Shown here in pieces: positions 19,351 to 29,610 of a DNA stretch of 64,000 nt. Where the stretch lies: NCBI GenBank assembly GCA_048213135.1, contig PS015010.1, positions 1,426,001 to 1,490,000 on the forward strand. Reading direction: 5' to 3'. The DNA is from Reclinomonas americana ATCC 50394. Taxonomy: Eukaryota. The notes under the pieces are model-generated. The model saw nothing but the letters and a program-made list of their open reading frames with translations. It was not told the origin of the DNA and searched no databases. The stretch's first letter is position 1. Each line of letters starts with the position of its first letter. The position numbers and the translations under genes were made by a program.

Positions 19351-20115
19351 TTATTTTTCCCTTATAGACGTTTCAAACTCATCCATCGTAACAGCATCAT
19401 CCAGTTTAAAATCACCTATACGTGTGCGGCACAAACCACTGAGATAAGCACCGCAACCCAATGCAGCACCAAAGTCGTGTGCCATACTCCGTATATACGT
19501 TCCCGTTGAACATACAATGCGGAAGTGAACGACGGGCAATTCAACTCCGGTTATTTCAAAGGCGTGAATCGTAACGGCACGCGGCTCCAGTTCCACGTCA
19601 ACCCCTTTGCGTGCAAGCTTGTACAGGGCCACCCCGTCTTTTTTTACGGCCGAATGTACCGGCGGGTACTGCTGTATATTCCCGGTGAATTGAGTTGTTG
19701 TACTGTTCAGCAGTTCGGGTGTAACAAATGAATAATCCTTCTCCTGTTCAGGTTCACTTTCCAGGTCGTAGGTGGGTGTAACGGCGCCCAGGGTAAAAGA
19801 ACCGGTGTATTCTTTTTCCTGCGCCATATATTCATTGATGCGCTTGGTGAATTTGCCGGTGCAGATGATGAGCAGCCCGGTAGCCAGGGGGTCCAGCGTT
19901 CCGGCATGGCCTATTTTTTTGATCTGCAGCAGCCCGCGGAGTTTGCGTACCACGTCAAAAGAGGTCCAGTGCCTGTCTTTATTGATCAATACCGCTTTAC
20001 CCTCCAGGAATTGTTCCTGCAATGCCGGGTCAATGGGCTCCCACTGCCGTTTGGGTTCCTGCTGCGGGATCTTGTCACTCTGCCTGAAACGGTATGTCTG
20101 CTTTTTATGGGCCAC
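19351..20115 (-). CDS. truB: tRNA pseudouridine(55) synthase
   Basis: TSFDVV, GHAGTLDPLATG, KEY, CSTGTYIRS. Confidence 0.97.
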   Translation of the reverse strand: MAHKKQTYRFRQSDKIPQQEPKRQWEPIDPALQEQFLEGKAVLINKDRHWTSFDVVRKLRGLLQIKKIGHAGTLDPLATGLLIICTGKFTKRINEYMAQEKEYTGSFTLGAVTPTYDLESEPEQEKDYSFVTPELLNSTTTQFTGNIQQYPPVHSAVKKDGVALYKLARKGVDVELEPRAVTIHAFEITGVELPVVHFRIVCSTGTYIRSMAHDFGAALGCGAYLSGLCRTRIGDFKLDDAVTMDEFETSIREK

Positions 20116-20290
20116 TTGTTTTTTCGGCGAAGGTAGAGATCAATTACTAATTATGAATCGTGGAGCAGCAGTCTTTCTGTATTTATTCGTAAGGGCTTTC
20201 ATTTTAAAGCAATTGGTTTATTATCAAATTATTCAATTGCATTTTCGAATCTTCAAATTGTCTCATTTTCAAATCTGCTCATTCGCACAT

Positions 20291-21637
20291 CTATATCGCC
20301 TGCCGGGCTTTCAATTCCAGGTATTTGTTTACCGTATTAACGGTGAGCTGGCTGGGAGGTGTAAGTATAGAGAGGATACCATGTTTTTTCAGTTCCTTAA
20401 CGATGAGCCTCTTTTCAAATTCATATTTTTCAGCGATGGTCTTAATGTAAACATCTTCCACGTTGTTTACATCCAGCTTCGACAACTGGTGCAGTTCTGT
20501 ATTTTCGAAAAACACCACCATCAGCAGGTGATGCCGGGCTATGGAGCGCAGGTAATTGAGCTGCCTGCGGAGGCCCGACAGCGATTCGAAATTGGTATAC
20601 AGGATAAGCAGGCTGCGGTGTTTGATGCGGTTACGGATCTGCATGTACAGCATTTCATAATCGCTCTCCAGGAAAGCCGTTTCCTGGTTGTACAATACCT
20701 GCAGTATGTGTTCGCGTTGTATGGGTTTACGGTCGGCGGCCAGCACAGCACCCATTTTATTGGCGAAGGTGATCAGCCCGATGCGGTCCTGCTTCTGCAA
20801 ACAAACATTCGCCATCACCAGCGTACTGTTGATCGCATAATCGAGCAGGGTAAGATTGGCGAAAGGCATTTTCATGAGCCTGCCTTTGTCGATGATACAA
20901 TATACCTGTTGCGATTTTTCATCGGTATAATTGTTCACCATCAGGCTGCCTTTCCGGGCGGTGGCTTTCCAGTTGATGGTGCGGATATCGTCGCCGCGAA
21001 CATACTCTTTAATTTGCTCAAACTCCATACTGTGGCCGATCTTACGCATACGCCGGCTGCCTTGCTCCGATTGTATGGTGGCACCCGACAGCAACGCATA
21101 GTTACGCAGTTGCATGTAAGAAGGATAAACAGCCACGGTTTGTTCCGCCTCAATATTGTAACGCCTCCTCAATAATCCCAGCAGCGAACGTACATACAGG
21201 ATGATGCGTCCGAATTCATATTCTCCTCTTTCCACCGGTCTTAATTGGTAAAGCACCTGCTTCTGTTCATTCGGGGAAAAACGGGTTCGCAGGTTCCAGT
21301 CCCTTTTCTGAAATTGTACCGGCAATTCGTCTATAATGTCCATCTCCACCGGGAAGGACGCCCTGTTCCTGATCAGCAGTTCAATGCTGTTTTCGTCGCC
21401 ATTGCTGAGGCGCTCGGCCATGATGCGTTTTGCCGTTGGAGGCCTGTTCAGGAAATAAAGAAAAACATAATCGATGGCTACCAGCGCCAGGAACGCCCAC
21501 ATACCTATGCGTACGAAAGGATACAGCCCTGGCACCAGGAAAGCGATGATGAACAGTACGATAAGCGTACCCAGCACGATAAAGAACCGGGTGGGCAGGT
21601 ACAGTTGCCAGTAAATGATATGGAAGAGTCTTTCCAA
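20291..21637 (-). CDS. DUF58 domain protein
   Basis: EFEQIKEYVRGDDIRTINWKATAR; next to MoxR. Confidence 0.92.
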   Translation of the reverse strand: MERLFHIIYWQLYLPTRFFIVLGTLIVLFIIAFLVPGLYPFVRIGMWAFLALVAIDYVFLYFLNRPPTAKRIMAERLSNGDENSIELLIRNRASFPVEMDIIDELPVQFQKRDWNLRTRFSPNEQKQVLYQLRPVERGEYEFGRIILYVRSLLGLLRRRYNIEAEQTVAVYPSYMQLRNYALLSGATIQSEQGSRRMRKIGHSMEFEQIKEYVRGDDIRTINWKATARKGSLMVNNYTDEKSQQVYCIIDKGRLMKMPFANLTLLDYAINSTLVMANVCLQKQDRIGLITFANKMGAVLAADRKPIQREHILQVLYNQETAFLESDYEMLYMQIRNRIKHRSLLILYTNFESLSGLRRQLNYLRSIARHHLLMVVFFENTELHQLSKLDVNNVEDVYIKTIAEKYEFEKRLIVKELKKHGILSILTPPSQLTVNTVNKYLELKARQAI

Positions 21638-21653
21638 GAATGATCAGGGTTTA

Positions 21654-22652
21654 TCAGCGTGGTACTTCAATGGCTTTGATGATGTTCTCGATAAGGTCAT
21701 CTTCCGTAATACCTTCCATTTCTTTTTCCGGCGTGAGCATGATACGGTGACGAAGTACATGTGGCGCCATTTCCAGTACATCTTCCGGCGTAACAAAGTC
21801 GCGGCCCTTGATAGCGGCATTGGCTTTGGCAGCCCGCAGCATGGCCAGTGAAGCCCTGGGCGAAGCCCCCAGGTAGAGGGCCGGGTTGTTGCGGGTTTCA
21901 TGAACGATCCTGGCAATGAATTCCAGCAATTTGGGTTCAATGATAATACCCTGCACCAGGTTACGGAAATGATGAATATCCGCGGCAGTAATCACTTTGC
22001 GAACACCGTCGAGCAGCTGTGTTTGCGTCTTGCCCTGCTGGCTGCTGAGGATCGCCACTTCTTCCTGCAGGCTGGGGTAACCTACTTCCACTTTGAACAG
22101 GAAACGGTCGAGCTGTGCTTCGGGCAGGCGGTAAGTACCCTCCTGCTCTATAGGATTCTGTGTAGCGAGTACGATAAAAGGAAAACTCATGGGATGTGTA
22201 ACCCCGTCTACGGTAACCTGGCGTTCTTCCATCACTTCAAACAGCGCCGCCTGGGTTTTTGCCGGGGCCCGGTTGATCTCGTCAATGAGGATGATATTGC
22301 TGAATACCGGGCCCTGTTTAAAACGGAAATCACCTTCCCTCGGGTTAAATACGGAAGTACCGGTAACGTCACTGGGCATGAGATCGGGGGTGAACTGCAG
22401 CCGCGAAAAATCAATATCGATAATGCGGGCCATCAATTTGGCAGTGAGGGTTTTGGCCACGCCGGGAACACCTTCTATCAGTATATGCCCGTCGCACAGC
22501 AGCCCGATCAGGAGCAGGTCCACCATTTTATGCTGACCGATCACTACGGTGCCGATCTCATTCCTGATATCGAATACCGCCCTGCTGAGTCCGCTCAGGT
22601 CAATACGTTGCTGGAATATATTCTCCTGCGCCGGTTGTATTTGCTCTTCCAT
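21654..22652 (-). CDS. MoxR family AAA+ ATPase
   Basis: EGVPGVAKT, QFTPDLMPSD, DEINRAPAKTQ, ATQNPIEQEGTYRLPEAQLDRF. Confidence 0.96.
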   Translation of the reverse strand: MEEQIQPAQENIFQQRIDLSGLSRAVFDIRNEIGTVVIGQHKMVDLLLIGLLCDGHILIEGVPGVAKTLTAKLMARIIDIDFSRLQFTPDLMPSDVTGTSVFNPREGDFRFKQGPVFSNIILIDEINRAPAKTQAALFEVMEERQVTVDGVTHPMSFPFIVLATQNPIEQEGTYRLPEAQLDRFLFKVEVGYPSLQEEVAILSSQQGKTQTQLLDGVRKVITAADIHHFRNLVQGIIIEPKLLEFIARIVHETRNNPALYLGASPRASLAMLRAAKANAAIKGRDFVTPEDVLEMAPHVLRHRIMLTPEKEMEGITEDDLIENIIKAIEVPR

Positions 22653-22677
22653 CAGTGGTTATGTTTGGGTTTACAAT

Positions 22678-23889
22678 CTATGATTTTATTTTCTTATTGA
22701 ATTGCTGGATCAGTTCATTCAGTTTCAGCAGGTCAGCATCGGTAACACTGCCGGCCGACTGTACACGGGTGATCGTTTCATACAAACGGGTCACATGCTC
22801 CTGCTCAACCCCGCTTTTACGGCTGAGCATGCTGATGAAATCGGTATTGATGTTGTTTGTATTCAGGAAATAAGTATTGCGTACCTGTTCGTTGAAATAG
22901 GTCACCATTTTATCGGCAATATTGCGGTTGTCCTTTTTCTGAAGATACAAACGGCCGATGGTTTCGGTAAACGTAACCGTGCTGTTCTCATTGGGTTTGA
23001 TCACTTCCACCTCCCGCTGTGTACGTTTGATGCCAAACAGTATATACAGTAAGAGCCCTGCCAGTCCGAGCCAGAAAGCACTGGCCAGCGGGGGCTGGTT
23101 CATAATGGCACTGAGGGAAGAGCCTCCCTCCTCATCGCTGTCGCTGTTGCGTTTATTGTAATAATTATCCCAGTACAAACGTGTAGGGCTCGGCCGGGCA
23201 AAACTGAGCAGGTAACTGAGGTAGGCCGTGTTATTGGCCGTGAGCAGGAAGTAGTTGCTGAATACCCGGGGATCGCAATGCACGAATATCCTGCCTTTAC
23301 CGGTAAAGAACACCATAAAGTTGGCCCGTCCTTCATCATTATAACCCAGCACCCTGGAGCGGGACATGTCGGCCTTGATGAAATAATTCCGGAACGGTAC
23401 ATAATAATAACCATAGGAACTGTCGTATGGCGTTGCGGTAGACAACAGGGTATATTTCATGGAATCGTACCACAGGTAAGGCAATATCTCGTGATGATAA
23501 ACCTGGCAATTGAGCCTGGTGAGCAGGTCATCGTCTATATTATCCGCGGCGATGAACAGGTCATTTCCTTCTTCGGCAAACAGCATCATTGCATTCAGTT
23601 CATCCTCTCTCAGGAAAAGATTCCGGCTTACTGAAATGTAAAGCGATGAGGTATCATACATATCAGCAAAAACCCTGTTGAACGGTGCATAGGTTTCACG
23701 TATGCTGTTGTAACGGTAGATCGCGTCCAGCTGGCGGAAGGCGACATAAGAGCCGAAGGGCTTTTTATCGGCCCGGTTATACGTCTCCTGCAGCGAAGGC
23801 AATTTCTTTTTTGAATTATTGCCCCCGCAGCCTGCCAGTGCCATCAGCATTACGGCAGCCAGGAAAAAATATGTATACCGTTTAAACAA
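22678..23889 (-). CDS. DUF4350-type lipoprotein of the MoxR cluster
   Basis: Lipobox LAGC; DKKPFGSY; C-terminal TM followed by FTETIGRLY. Confidence 0.75.
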   Translation of the reverse strand: MFKRYTYFFLAAVMLMALAGCGGNNSKKKLPSLQETYNRADKKPFGSYVAFRQLDAIYRYNSIRETYAPFNRVFADMYDTSSLYISVSRNLFLREDELNAMMLFAEEGNDLFIAADNIDDDLLTRLNCQVYHHEILPYLWYDSMKYTLLSTATPYDSSYGYYYVPFRNYFIKADMSRSRVLGYNDEGRANFMVFFTGKGRIFVHCDPRVFSNYFLLTANNTAYLSYLLSFARPSPTRLYWDNYYNKRNSDSDEEGGSSLSAIMNQPPLASAFWLGLAGLLLYILFGIKRTQREVEVIKPNENSTVTFTETIGRLYLQKKDNRNIADKMVTYFNEQVRNTYFLNTNNINTDFISMLSRKSGVEQEHVTRLYETITRVQSAGSVTDADLLKLNELIQQFNKKIKS

Positions 23890-23892
23890 TGT

Positions 23893-24717
23893 TTACCATT
23901 TTCTGCCGAAGGCTTTAAAACCTTCGGCTATCCTGTCATAAATATCTTTACCGATCAGGAATTCACCATACCATACATACTCGTAATTGAGTGTAAGTGC
24001 GGCAAATTCATTCTGCTGGTTATAGTCTTTCAGTTCTCTTACATACTGGTAGTTGGTCTTGTCTGCTGCCAGTTCTACGCGTTCCTGTTCTGCCAGGCGA
24101 TGCAGTGCTTTCAGGTACTGGTAACGTACCGCCAGGCGGAAATTACCTTCGGCTTCAGCCTGCCTGATCTTCATATCCAGTTCGGCGGGTTGCGTGATCT
24201 CTCCTTCTTCCGTTACCTCCGGTTCTGCTGTTTCCCTGGCCTTCACCGTACGTTTGAAAATGCCCTGGGTAAGGAACAGGCGGTAAAGGATGAAAAGGAC
24301 AAAACCTCCGGCCAGTATCCACATGATCACTTCAAAGATCCCGGAAGCAAATATCGACGACAGGAAACCGGGTTCCCTGGCTTCAAACCGGGGCTGGTTG
24401 TCAGGCTGCTTATTCTCTTTTCGCTTTGCCTTAAGGAGACTATCGATATAGGCCATGTATTCAAGCCCCCTGGCCTTTGACCATTTCTTTACCGAGTCAG
24501 CCGGAAGGGAATGGGCATAGAAATACAGCGTGGTGTCGGGACCGCCCTGCTCAACCACAGGCGACTGCACATATTGTTCGTCCTGCTGCTCTTCTACAGA
24601 CGGGGATTCTGCCTGCTGTTCATTGAGTGAACTGTCTTGATAAATGTATTTCTTCTGCGCCGTAAGCGAAAAGGAAAAACAAAACAACAGTATGGTTATG
24701 TAAACGATCTTACGCAT
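23893..24717 (-). CDS. DUF4129-type membrane protein
   Basis: AVRYQYL, DKTNYQY, YEYVWYGEF. Confidence 0.78.
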   Translation of the reverse strand: MRKIVYITILLFCFSFSLTAQKKYIYQDSSLNEQQAESPSVEEQQDEQYVQSPVVEQGGPDTTLYFYAHSLPADSVKKWSKARGLEYMAYIDSLLKAKRKENKQPDNQPRFEAREPGFLSSIFASGIFEVIMWILAGGFVLFILYRLFLTQGIFKRTVKARETAEPEVTEEGEITQPAELDMKIRQAEAEGNFRLAVRYQYLKALHRLAEQERVELAADKTNYQYVRELKDYNQQNEFAALTLNYEYVWYGEFLIGKDIYDRIAEGFKAFGRKW

Positions 24718-25732
24718 CCTCTTTTTTCAACCGGTTGATGATACCATCGGGCTGGAGATAATAACCTTTGCGGTTCAGCCGGATGGGAAGGATGATAAAA
24801 TACCAGATGATGAAGATCAGCGATACGCTTAAAATAAGCACACTGGCCCATACCGGCAGACCTGCATTATTCTCTTTGTCGAAGGTCTGGCTCATAAGGT
24901 GGGTAACATAGCTTTCAAAAAAAGCCGCTACAATAAAAATGGGAACAAGAGATATGAGGATCTTGGCGGCATCTTTGGCACCCCGTTTAAACGATACCAT
25001 CCTGGGGTAAGTGCCCGAGAACAGGATACCATTGGCCAGTACAAAACCGGCTGTGCAGGCAATAACGATAGCGGATATCTCCAGTGTGCCATGGATCCAG
25101 ATCACCAGTATGGATTTTATACCCAGCCCTTTAGAGAAAAAGATATACTGGAAAGCACCGAGCATAATTCCATTACCCCACATGATCCGGAACGTGAAAA
25201 TACCCAGGGTAAAGCCGCCGATGAAACTCATGAAAGCCACGCCTATGTTGTTGTACGCGATCCGCACAAACATGGTGAACGGGTTTTCATCCTTATATAT
25301 TCCGAAGGGATCGCCTTTGGCAATGTTCTCTTCTGTCTGGTCCATGTACCTATCCCCCAGTATACTCCTCACAAAATTTTCATCATTCATGGAAGCGTAT
25401 ACGCCTATGGCAACGAAGGCGACAAAAAGTATGGTGGTAAAAAGGAAGATGCGGTGGTATTTCCGGAAAAGGAGCGGCAGTTCAAATTTCCAGAAGCGGA
25501 AAATGCGGCTGTACTTTTCTTTTTTATTCTGGTAGATGCTCTGGTAAATAGAAGCGGCGATGCCATTCACCCAACGGGTCACTTTGCTCCTGGGGTAAAA
25601 GGTTTTGGCATAAGAAAGATCGTCGATAAGGGTCACAAAACGATCGGCGGTCTCGTCCGGGTCATCTGTAGGGGAATTCTGGTACTTATTCCACTTATCC
25701 GCATTTTTTTTGATGAACATTGCCTCCCTCAT
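24710..25732 (-). CDS. Stage II sporulation protein M family membrane protein
   Basis: MREAMF, DDLSYAKTFYP, NNIGVA, IHGTLEISA, AAFFESY. Confidence 0.88.
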   Translation of the reverse strand: MREAMFIKKNADKWNKYQNSPTDDPDETADRFVTLIDDLSYAKTFYPRSKVTRWVNGIAASIYQSIYQNKKEKYSRIFRFWKFELPLLFRKYHRIFLFTTILFVAFVAIGVYASMNDENFVRSILGDRYMDQTEENIAKGDPFGIYKDENPFTMFVRIAYNNIGVAFMSFIGGFTLGIFTFRIMWGNGIMLGAFQYIFFSKGLGIKSILVIWIHGTLEISAIVIACTAGFVLANGILFSGTYPRMVSFKRGAKDAAKILISLVPIFIVAAFFESYVTHLMSQTFDKENNAGLPVWASVLILSVSLIFIIWYFIILPIRLNRKGYYLQPDGIINRLKKEDA

Positions 25733-25845
25733 GCGCTAAAATTACTGATTAGACCAATTAGGAATACAAATTCATCAATTTTTAATAAATAAAAAAATTT
25801 CCGCTCCGGGCCATTCTGTCGCAGCAATCCTTAATTTGCAGCAGG

Positions 25846-26628
25846 ATGCCCATAATACAGATCGCCACGGCTTTTAATATCGACCTCGAGTTCGAGATCG
25901 CGGAGTTTCATAAAAGACTCCTGGCCTATTGTATTGATTTCGTGATCATGCTCATTTACCTGTTCAGTATGAAATACCTGTTGTATACAGGTTTTTCCCT
26001 TGCTGAAGAAAACGCGGGGCTCGACATCCTGGTTATTTCCATCCCGCTGCTGTTGTATTCCCTGCTGACGGAACTGTGGCTGAACGGTCAAACCGTAGGT
26101 AAAAAACTGATGGGGATCCGGGTCATCAGCCTTGAAGGCGGTGAGCCCACGCTGGGACAATATGTACTCCGGTGGATCACCCGTTTCTTTGAATGGCCAT
26201 TTCTTTTCGGCTATATTTTCTTTTCTCCCCTGCTCATCTACCAGTATACCATCATAACCGGCTTTTTCGGCATTGTGGTGGTCATCATCATAGCGGTTAC
26301 GGCCAAAAACCAGCGGCTGGGTGATATGATCGCCGGCACAGTGGTTGTGAATACCCGCTCTGCCCTCACTGTAAACGATACGGTATTCATGCAGGTGAAT
26401 TCATCTGATTATAAAGTGACCTTCCCCGATGTGATGCGGCTGAGCGACAGGGATATCAATACCATCAAAAGTGTGCTTACACAGGCCAGCAAACGCAATA
26501 ACTACGACATGTGTAACCGGGTGGCCGGCAAAGTGAAGGAAGTGCTGAACATTCAGACAGACATGCACTCCGACCAGTTTCTTGAAAAATTACTGGAAGA
26601 CTATAATTATCTCGCAACGAAAGAATAA
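25846..26628 (+). CDS. RDD family protein
   Basis: KRLLAYCID, GQTVGKKLMGIRV, QRLGDMIAGTVVV. Confidence 0.92.
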   Translation: MPIIQIATAFNIDLEFEIAEFHKRLLAYCIDFVIMLIYLFSMKYLLYTGFSLAEENAGLDILVISIPLLLYSLLTELWLNGQTVGKKLMGIRVISLEGGEPTLGQYVLRWITRFFEWPFLFGYIFFSPLLIYQYTIITGFFGIVVVIIIAVTAKNQRLGDMIAGTVVVNTRSALTVNDTVFMQVNSSDYKVTFPDVMRLSDRDINTIKSVLTQASKRNNYDMCNRVAGKVKEVLNIQTDMHSDQFLEKLLEDYNYLATKE

Positions 26629-26658
26629 GATGCTCCTCAGGCTTGCTGTACAAGTGTT

Positions 26659-27102
26659 TTAGGAGAAGCTCGCCATAATACCAATCAGCCCCAGCGCACT
26701 TAATCCCAGGCTAATGATGGTGATCACGCCGCAGATGCGGTAGTAGATCTTAAGATTACGGAAGGCATGGTCCAGGTCTTCCTGGTTACTGTCCTGGATG
26801 GCACTTTGCACTTTCGACGCGAAACGGAACTGGTAAACAGAAGTTACGCACCATACAATGCCTATAACGATATAAACCATCATAGCTCCCGCCAGTCCGC
26901 TTGAATAGGAACTGCCATAACGGCCATAAGACCGGCTGTTCAGCACAGACATATAGAACAGCGCAAAGATCACGATCATACCACTGAAAATAAACCCGGC
27001 CACGGCTATGAATTTGGCCCACCTGGCGGTTTCGGATAAATTCGCCTGCACACCGGGATCTATCTGCAGGTCGTTACTGATAAGGTTGATGTCATCGTTC
27101 AT
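26659..27102 (-). CDS. DUF5362-type membrane protein
   Basis: LSETARWAKF, FRNLKIYY, three TMs; start MNDDINL. Confidence 0.75.
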   Translation of the reverse strand: MNDDINLISNDLQIDPGVQANLSETARWAKFIAVAGFIFSGMIVIFALFYMSVLNSRSYGRYGSSYSSGLAGAMMVYIVIGIVWCVTSVYQFRFASKVQSAIQDSNQEDLDHAFRNLKIYYRICGVITIISLGLSALGLIGIMASFS

Positions 27103-27114
27103 ATTGCTGGGTTT

Positions 27115-27142
27115 AAAAACCGGGATGAAGTTCATCCCGGTT
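27115..27142 (-). terminator. Intrinsic terminator after proS
   Basis: Inverted repeat AACCGGGATGAA-G-TTCATCCCGGTT with a T-run on the minus strand. Confidence 0.75.
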
Positions 27143-27149
27143 AAAAATA

Positions 27150-28628
27150 TTAATATGCTCTCGCGAACAGCACCCTTTGTGTACTGGGGTTGCCGGTGAG
27201 GATACATTTCCCTTCCTCCGCCGCATTGTTGATGGGTATACAACGGATGGTAGCCTTGGTCTGTTCCTTGATCTTTTCCTCGGTCTCCGGGGTTCCATCC
27301 CAGTGGGCAGATACAAACCCGCCTTTCTCATCCAGCAGTTTCACGAATTCGTCCCAGGTATCGGCACGGGTGATGTGCTCATCCCTGAACTGCAGGGCTT
27401 TGTTGTAGATGTTCTGTTGTATTTCTTCGAGCAGGGCCGATACATGTTCTGCCAACCCATCGATAGATAAAGTCGCTTTTTCTTTGGTATCCCTCCTGGC
27501 CACTTCCGCCACATTATTTTCAATATCACGCAGGCCCATGGCAATACGAACGGGCACACCTTTCAGTTCATATTCAGCAAACTTCCAGCCCGGGCGGCTG
27601 TTATCATTATCGTCGTACTTAACGCGAACACCCAGTGCTTTCAGTTGCTTTTCCAGGTCCCTGGCCTTTTCGTCTACCACGGCTTTGCTGTCCTCTCCCT
27701 TATAAATGGGTACGATCACCACCTGCAGCGGGGCGATCCTGGGCGGCATAATCAGCCCCTGGTCGTCGCTGTGCGCCATAATGAGCGCTCCTATGAGACG
27801 TGTGGATACTCCCCATGAAGTGGCCCATACATAATCCAGTGTATTGTTCTTATCGCTGAACTTCACATCAAAGGCTTTGGCAAAATTCTGCCCCAGGAAG
27901 TGCGAAGTACCGGCCTGCAGTGCTTTGCCATCCTGCATTAGCGCTTCAATACAATAAGTGTCTTCCGCGCCGGCAAAACGTTCGTTGGCTGTCTTCACCC
28001 CTTTGATCACGGGAACCGCCATATAGGTTTCAACAAAATCGGCGTATACATCCAGCATTTTCACCGTTTCTTCAACCGCTTCTTCTTTTGTAGCATGGGC
28101 TGTATGGCCTTCCTGCCAGAGGAATTCCGCTGTGCGCAGGAACAGGCGGGTACGCATTTCCCAGCGCACTACGTTGGCCCACTGGTTAATGAGGATGGGC
28201 AGATCGCGGTAAGATTGTATCCAGCCTTTATAGGTATTCCAGATGATGGCCTCACTTGTGGGACGCACCACCAGTTCTTCTTCCAGCCGGGCTTCGGGGT
28301 CAACAATAAGTTTGCCTTTATGTTCGGGGTCGCTTTTCAAACGGTAATGGGTCACCACGGCGCATTCCTTGGCAAAGCCTTCGGCATTTTTTTCTTCGGC
28401 CTCGAATAAACTCTTGGGAACAAAAAGCGGGAAATACGCGTTAACGTGACCTGTTTCCTTGAACATCCTGTCCAGCTGGTCACGCATATTTTCCCACAGG
28501 GCAAATCCATAGGGTTTGATCACCATGCAACCGCGTACTGCCGAATAATCGGCCAGGCCGCCTTTAATGACCAGGTCATTGTACCATTGAGAGTAGTCCT
28601 CTTCTCTTGTTGTCAGTTCTTTCGCCAT
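27150..28628 (-). CDS. proS: Proline--tRNA ligase (eukaryote/archaeal-type)
   Basis: [47 protein letters not shown]-terminal ARAY. Confidence 0.98.
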   Translation of the reverse strand: MAKELTTREEDYSQWYNDLVIKGGLADYSAVRGCMVIKPYGFALWENMRDQLDRMFKETGHVNAYFPLFVPKSLFEAEEKNAEGFAKECAVVTHYRLKSDPEHKGKLIVDPEARLEEELVVRPTSEAIIWNTYKGWIQSYRDLPILINQWANVVRWEMRTRLFLRTAEFLWQEGHTAHATKEEAVEETVKMLDVYADFVETYMAVPVIKGVKTANERFAGAEDTYCIEALMQDGKALQAGTSHFLGQNFAKAFDVKFSDKNNTLDYVWATSWGVSTRLIGALIMAHSDDQGLIMPPRIAPLQVVIVPIYKGEDSKAVVDEKARDLEKQLKALGVRVKYDDNDNSRPGWKFAEYELKGVPVRIAMGLRDIENNVAEVARRDTKEKATLSIDGLAEHVSALLEEIQQNIYNKALQFRDEHITRADTWDEFVKLLDEKGGFVSAHWDGTPETEEKIKEQTKATIRCIPINNAAEEGKCILTGNPSTQRVLFARAY

Positions 28629-28817
28629 TTGTTCTCCGCCGGTGGCGGATAATTTTTTGTTAGGGAATCCGGCCTTACACAGGCCGTTGATTTTTAGCAC
28701 ATAATTAACAGCGGATGATTAAACTTTACCGTGTTGTGGCAAAGGTTTTGCTGAAATTTATATATACACCAGCTACAAAAATAATAACTTCATTTTTAAC
28801 GGTTCAAAACAAAAGCT

Positions 28818-29510
28818 ATGAATATTAAACTTTTACTCTTTTCCTTATCTGTAGCGGCTTTGAGCAGTTGCAGCACCAGCTATAAAAGCGGCCAGACGCC
28901 CGATGACGTCTATTTTTCACCCGTAAGGCCCGATGATGACGGCAGGGACAGGGATGACCGGAAGGACGAAAAACGTACCGAAACCGCCACTACCCGTTAC
29001 CTCGATTACCGGATCACCATGGGCATCCACGACCGCCGGTGGCGTGACCTGGATGATGAATATGACTACAGTTACAAGTATGCCTACAGCCCGTACAACT
29101 ATGGCACCTGCTACAGTTATTACGGCTATTACTACAATCCCTATTACAATACCTGGCCGGTTTACAACCACATCATCAGCCCTCAGCCCAATACCCCGCG
29201 TAAGGTGAACCTGAATGCTTACAGTGGTTATGGCAATGTGCGAACTTACAACAATGTCAAAACCGCAAGCGGTGTAACGCTGAACCGTCCGTCGGTACGT
29301 TACAACAATGAAAACAACAACAGCAACACCAGGGAAAGACTGAGAAGGCAGAATGAATCCTACAACCGTTCTTCCAATTCCTCCTCATCCAGTAACAATG
29401 AAACGCGGTCGTATACGCCGTCTTCTTCCAGCAGCTCCTCATCCGGCAGCAGCAACTCTTCTTCATCAGGAAGTTCAGGCAGTGTATCAAGACCTAACAG
29501 GGGCGGATAA
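28818..29510 (+). CDS. Hypothetical lipoprotein with Tyr-rich and Ser-rich low-complexity regions
   Basis: Lipobox LSSC, TPDDVYF; upstream of the FadL-like OMP. Confidence 0.8.
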   Translation: MNIKLLLFSLSVAALSSCSTSYKSGQTPDDVYFSPVRPDDDGRDRDDRKDEKRTETATTRYLDYRITMGIHDRRWRDLDDEYDYSYKYAYSPYNYGTCYSYYGYYYNPYYNTWPVYNHIISPQPNTPRKVNLNAYSGYGNVRTYNNVKTASGVTLNRPSVRYNNENNNSNTRERLRRQNESYNRSSNSSSSSNNETRSYTPSSSSSSSSGSSNSSSSGSSGSVSRPNRGG

Positions 29511-29610
29511 ACGCTGCCCGTATTCCTTATTCCGGCGGGCCCATCGCCCGGACGGTTTCGCAGGAGCATAACCGGCAGGCAACAGCCCGGCCCTTTAAAA
29601 CCATACAAGT

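Noticed and set aside
19772-21175. 467-aa plus-strand ORF and other long shadow ORFs (e.g. 21900-22700, 24899-25792, 35162-37129, 39259-40239, 48445-50298)
   Set aside because: Antisense to well-supported genes and without domain signatures
24710-25732. Sporulation function
   Set aside because: The SpoIIM-family protein is part of the common MoxR/DUF58/RDD cluster; no sporulation genes are present
29370-29490. TCC/AGC-rich simple repeat
   Set aside because: Encodes the poly-Ser tail of the lipoprotein; not an independent element
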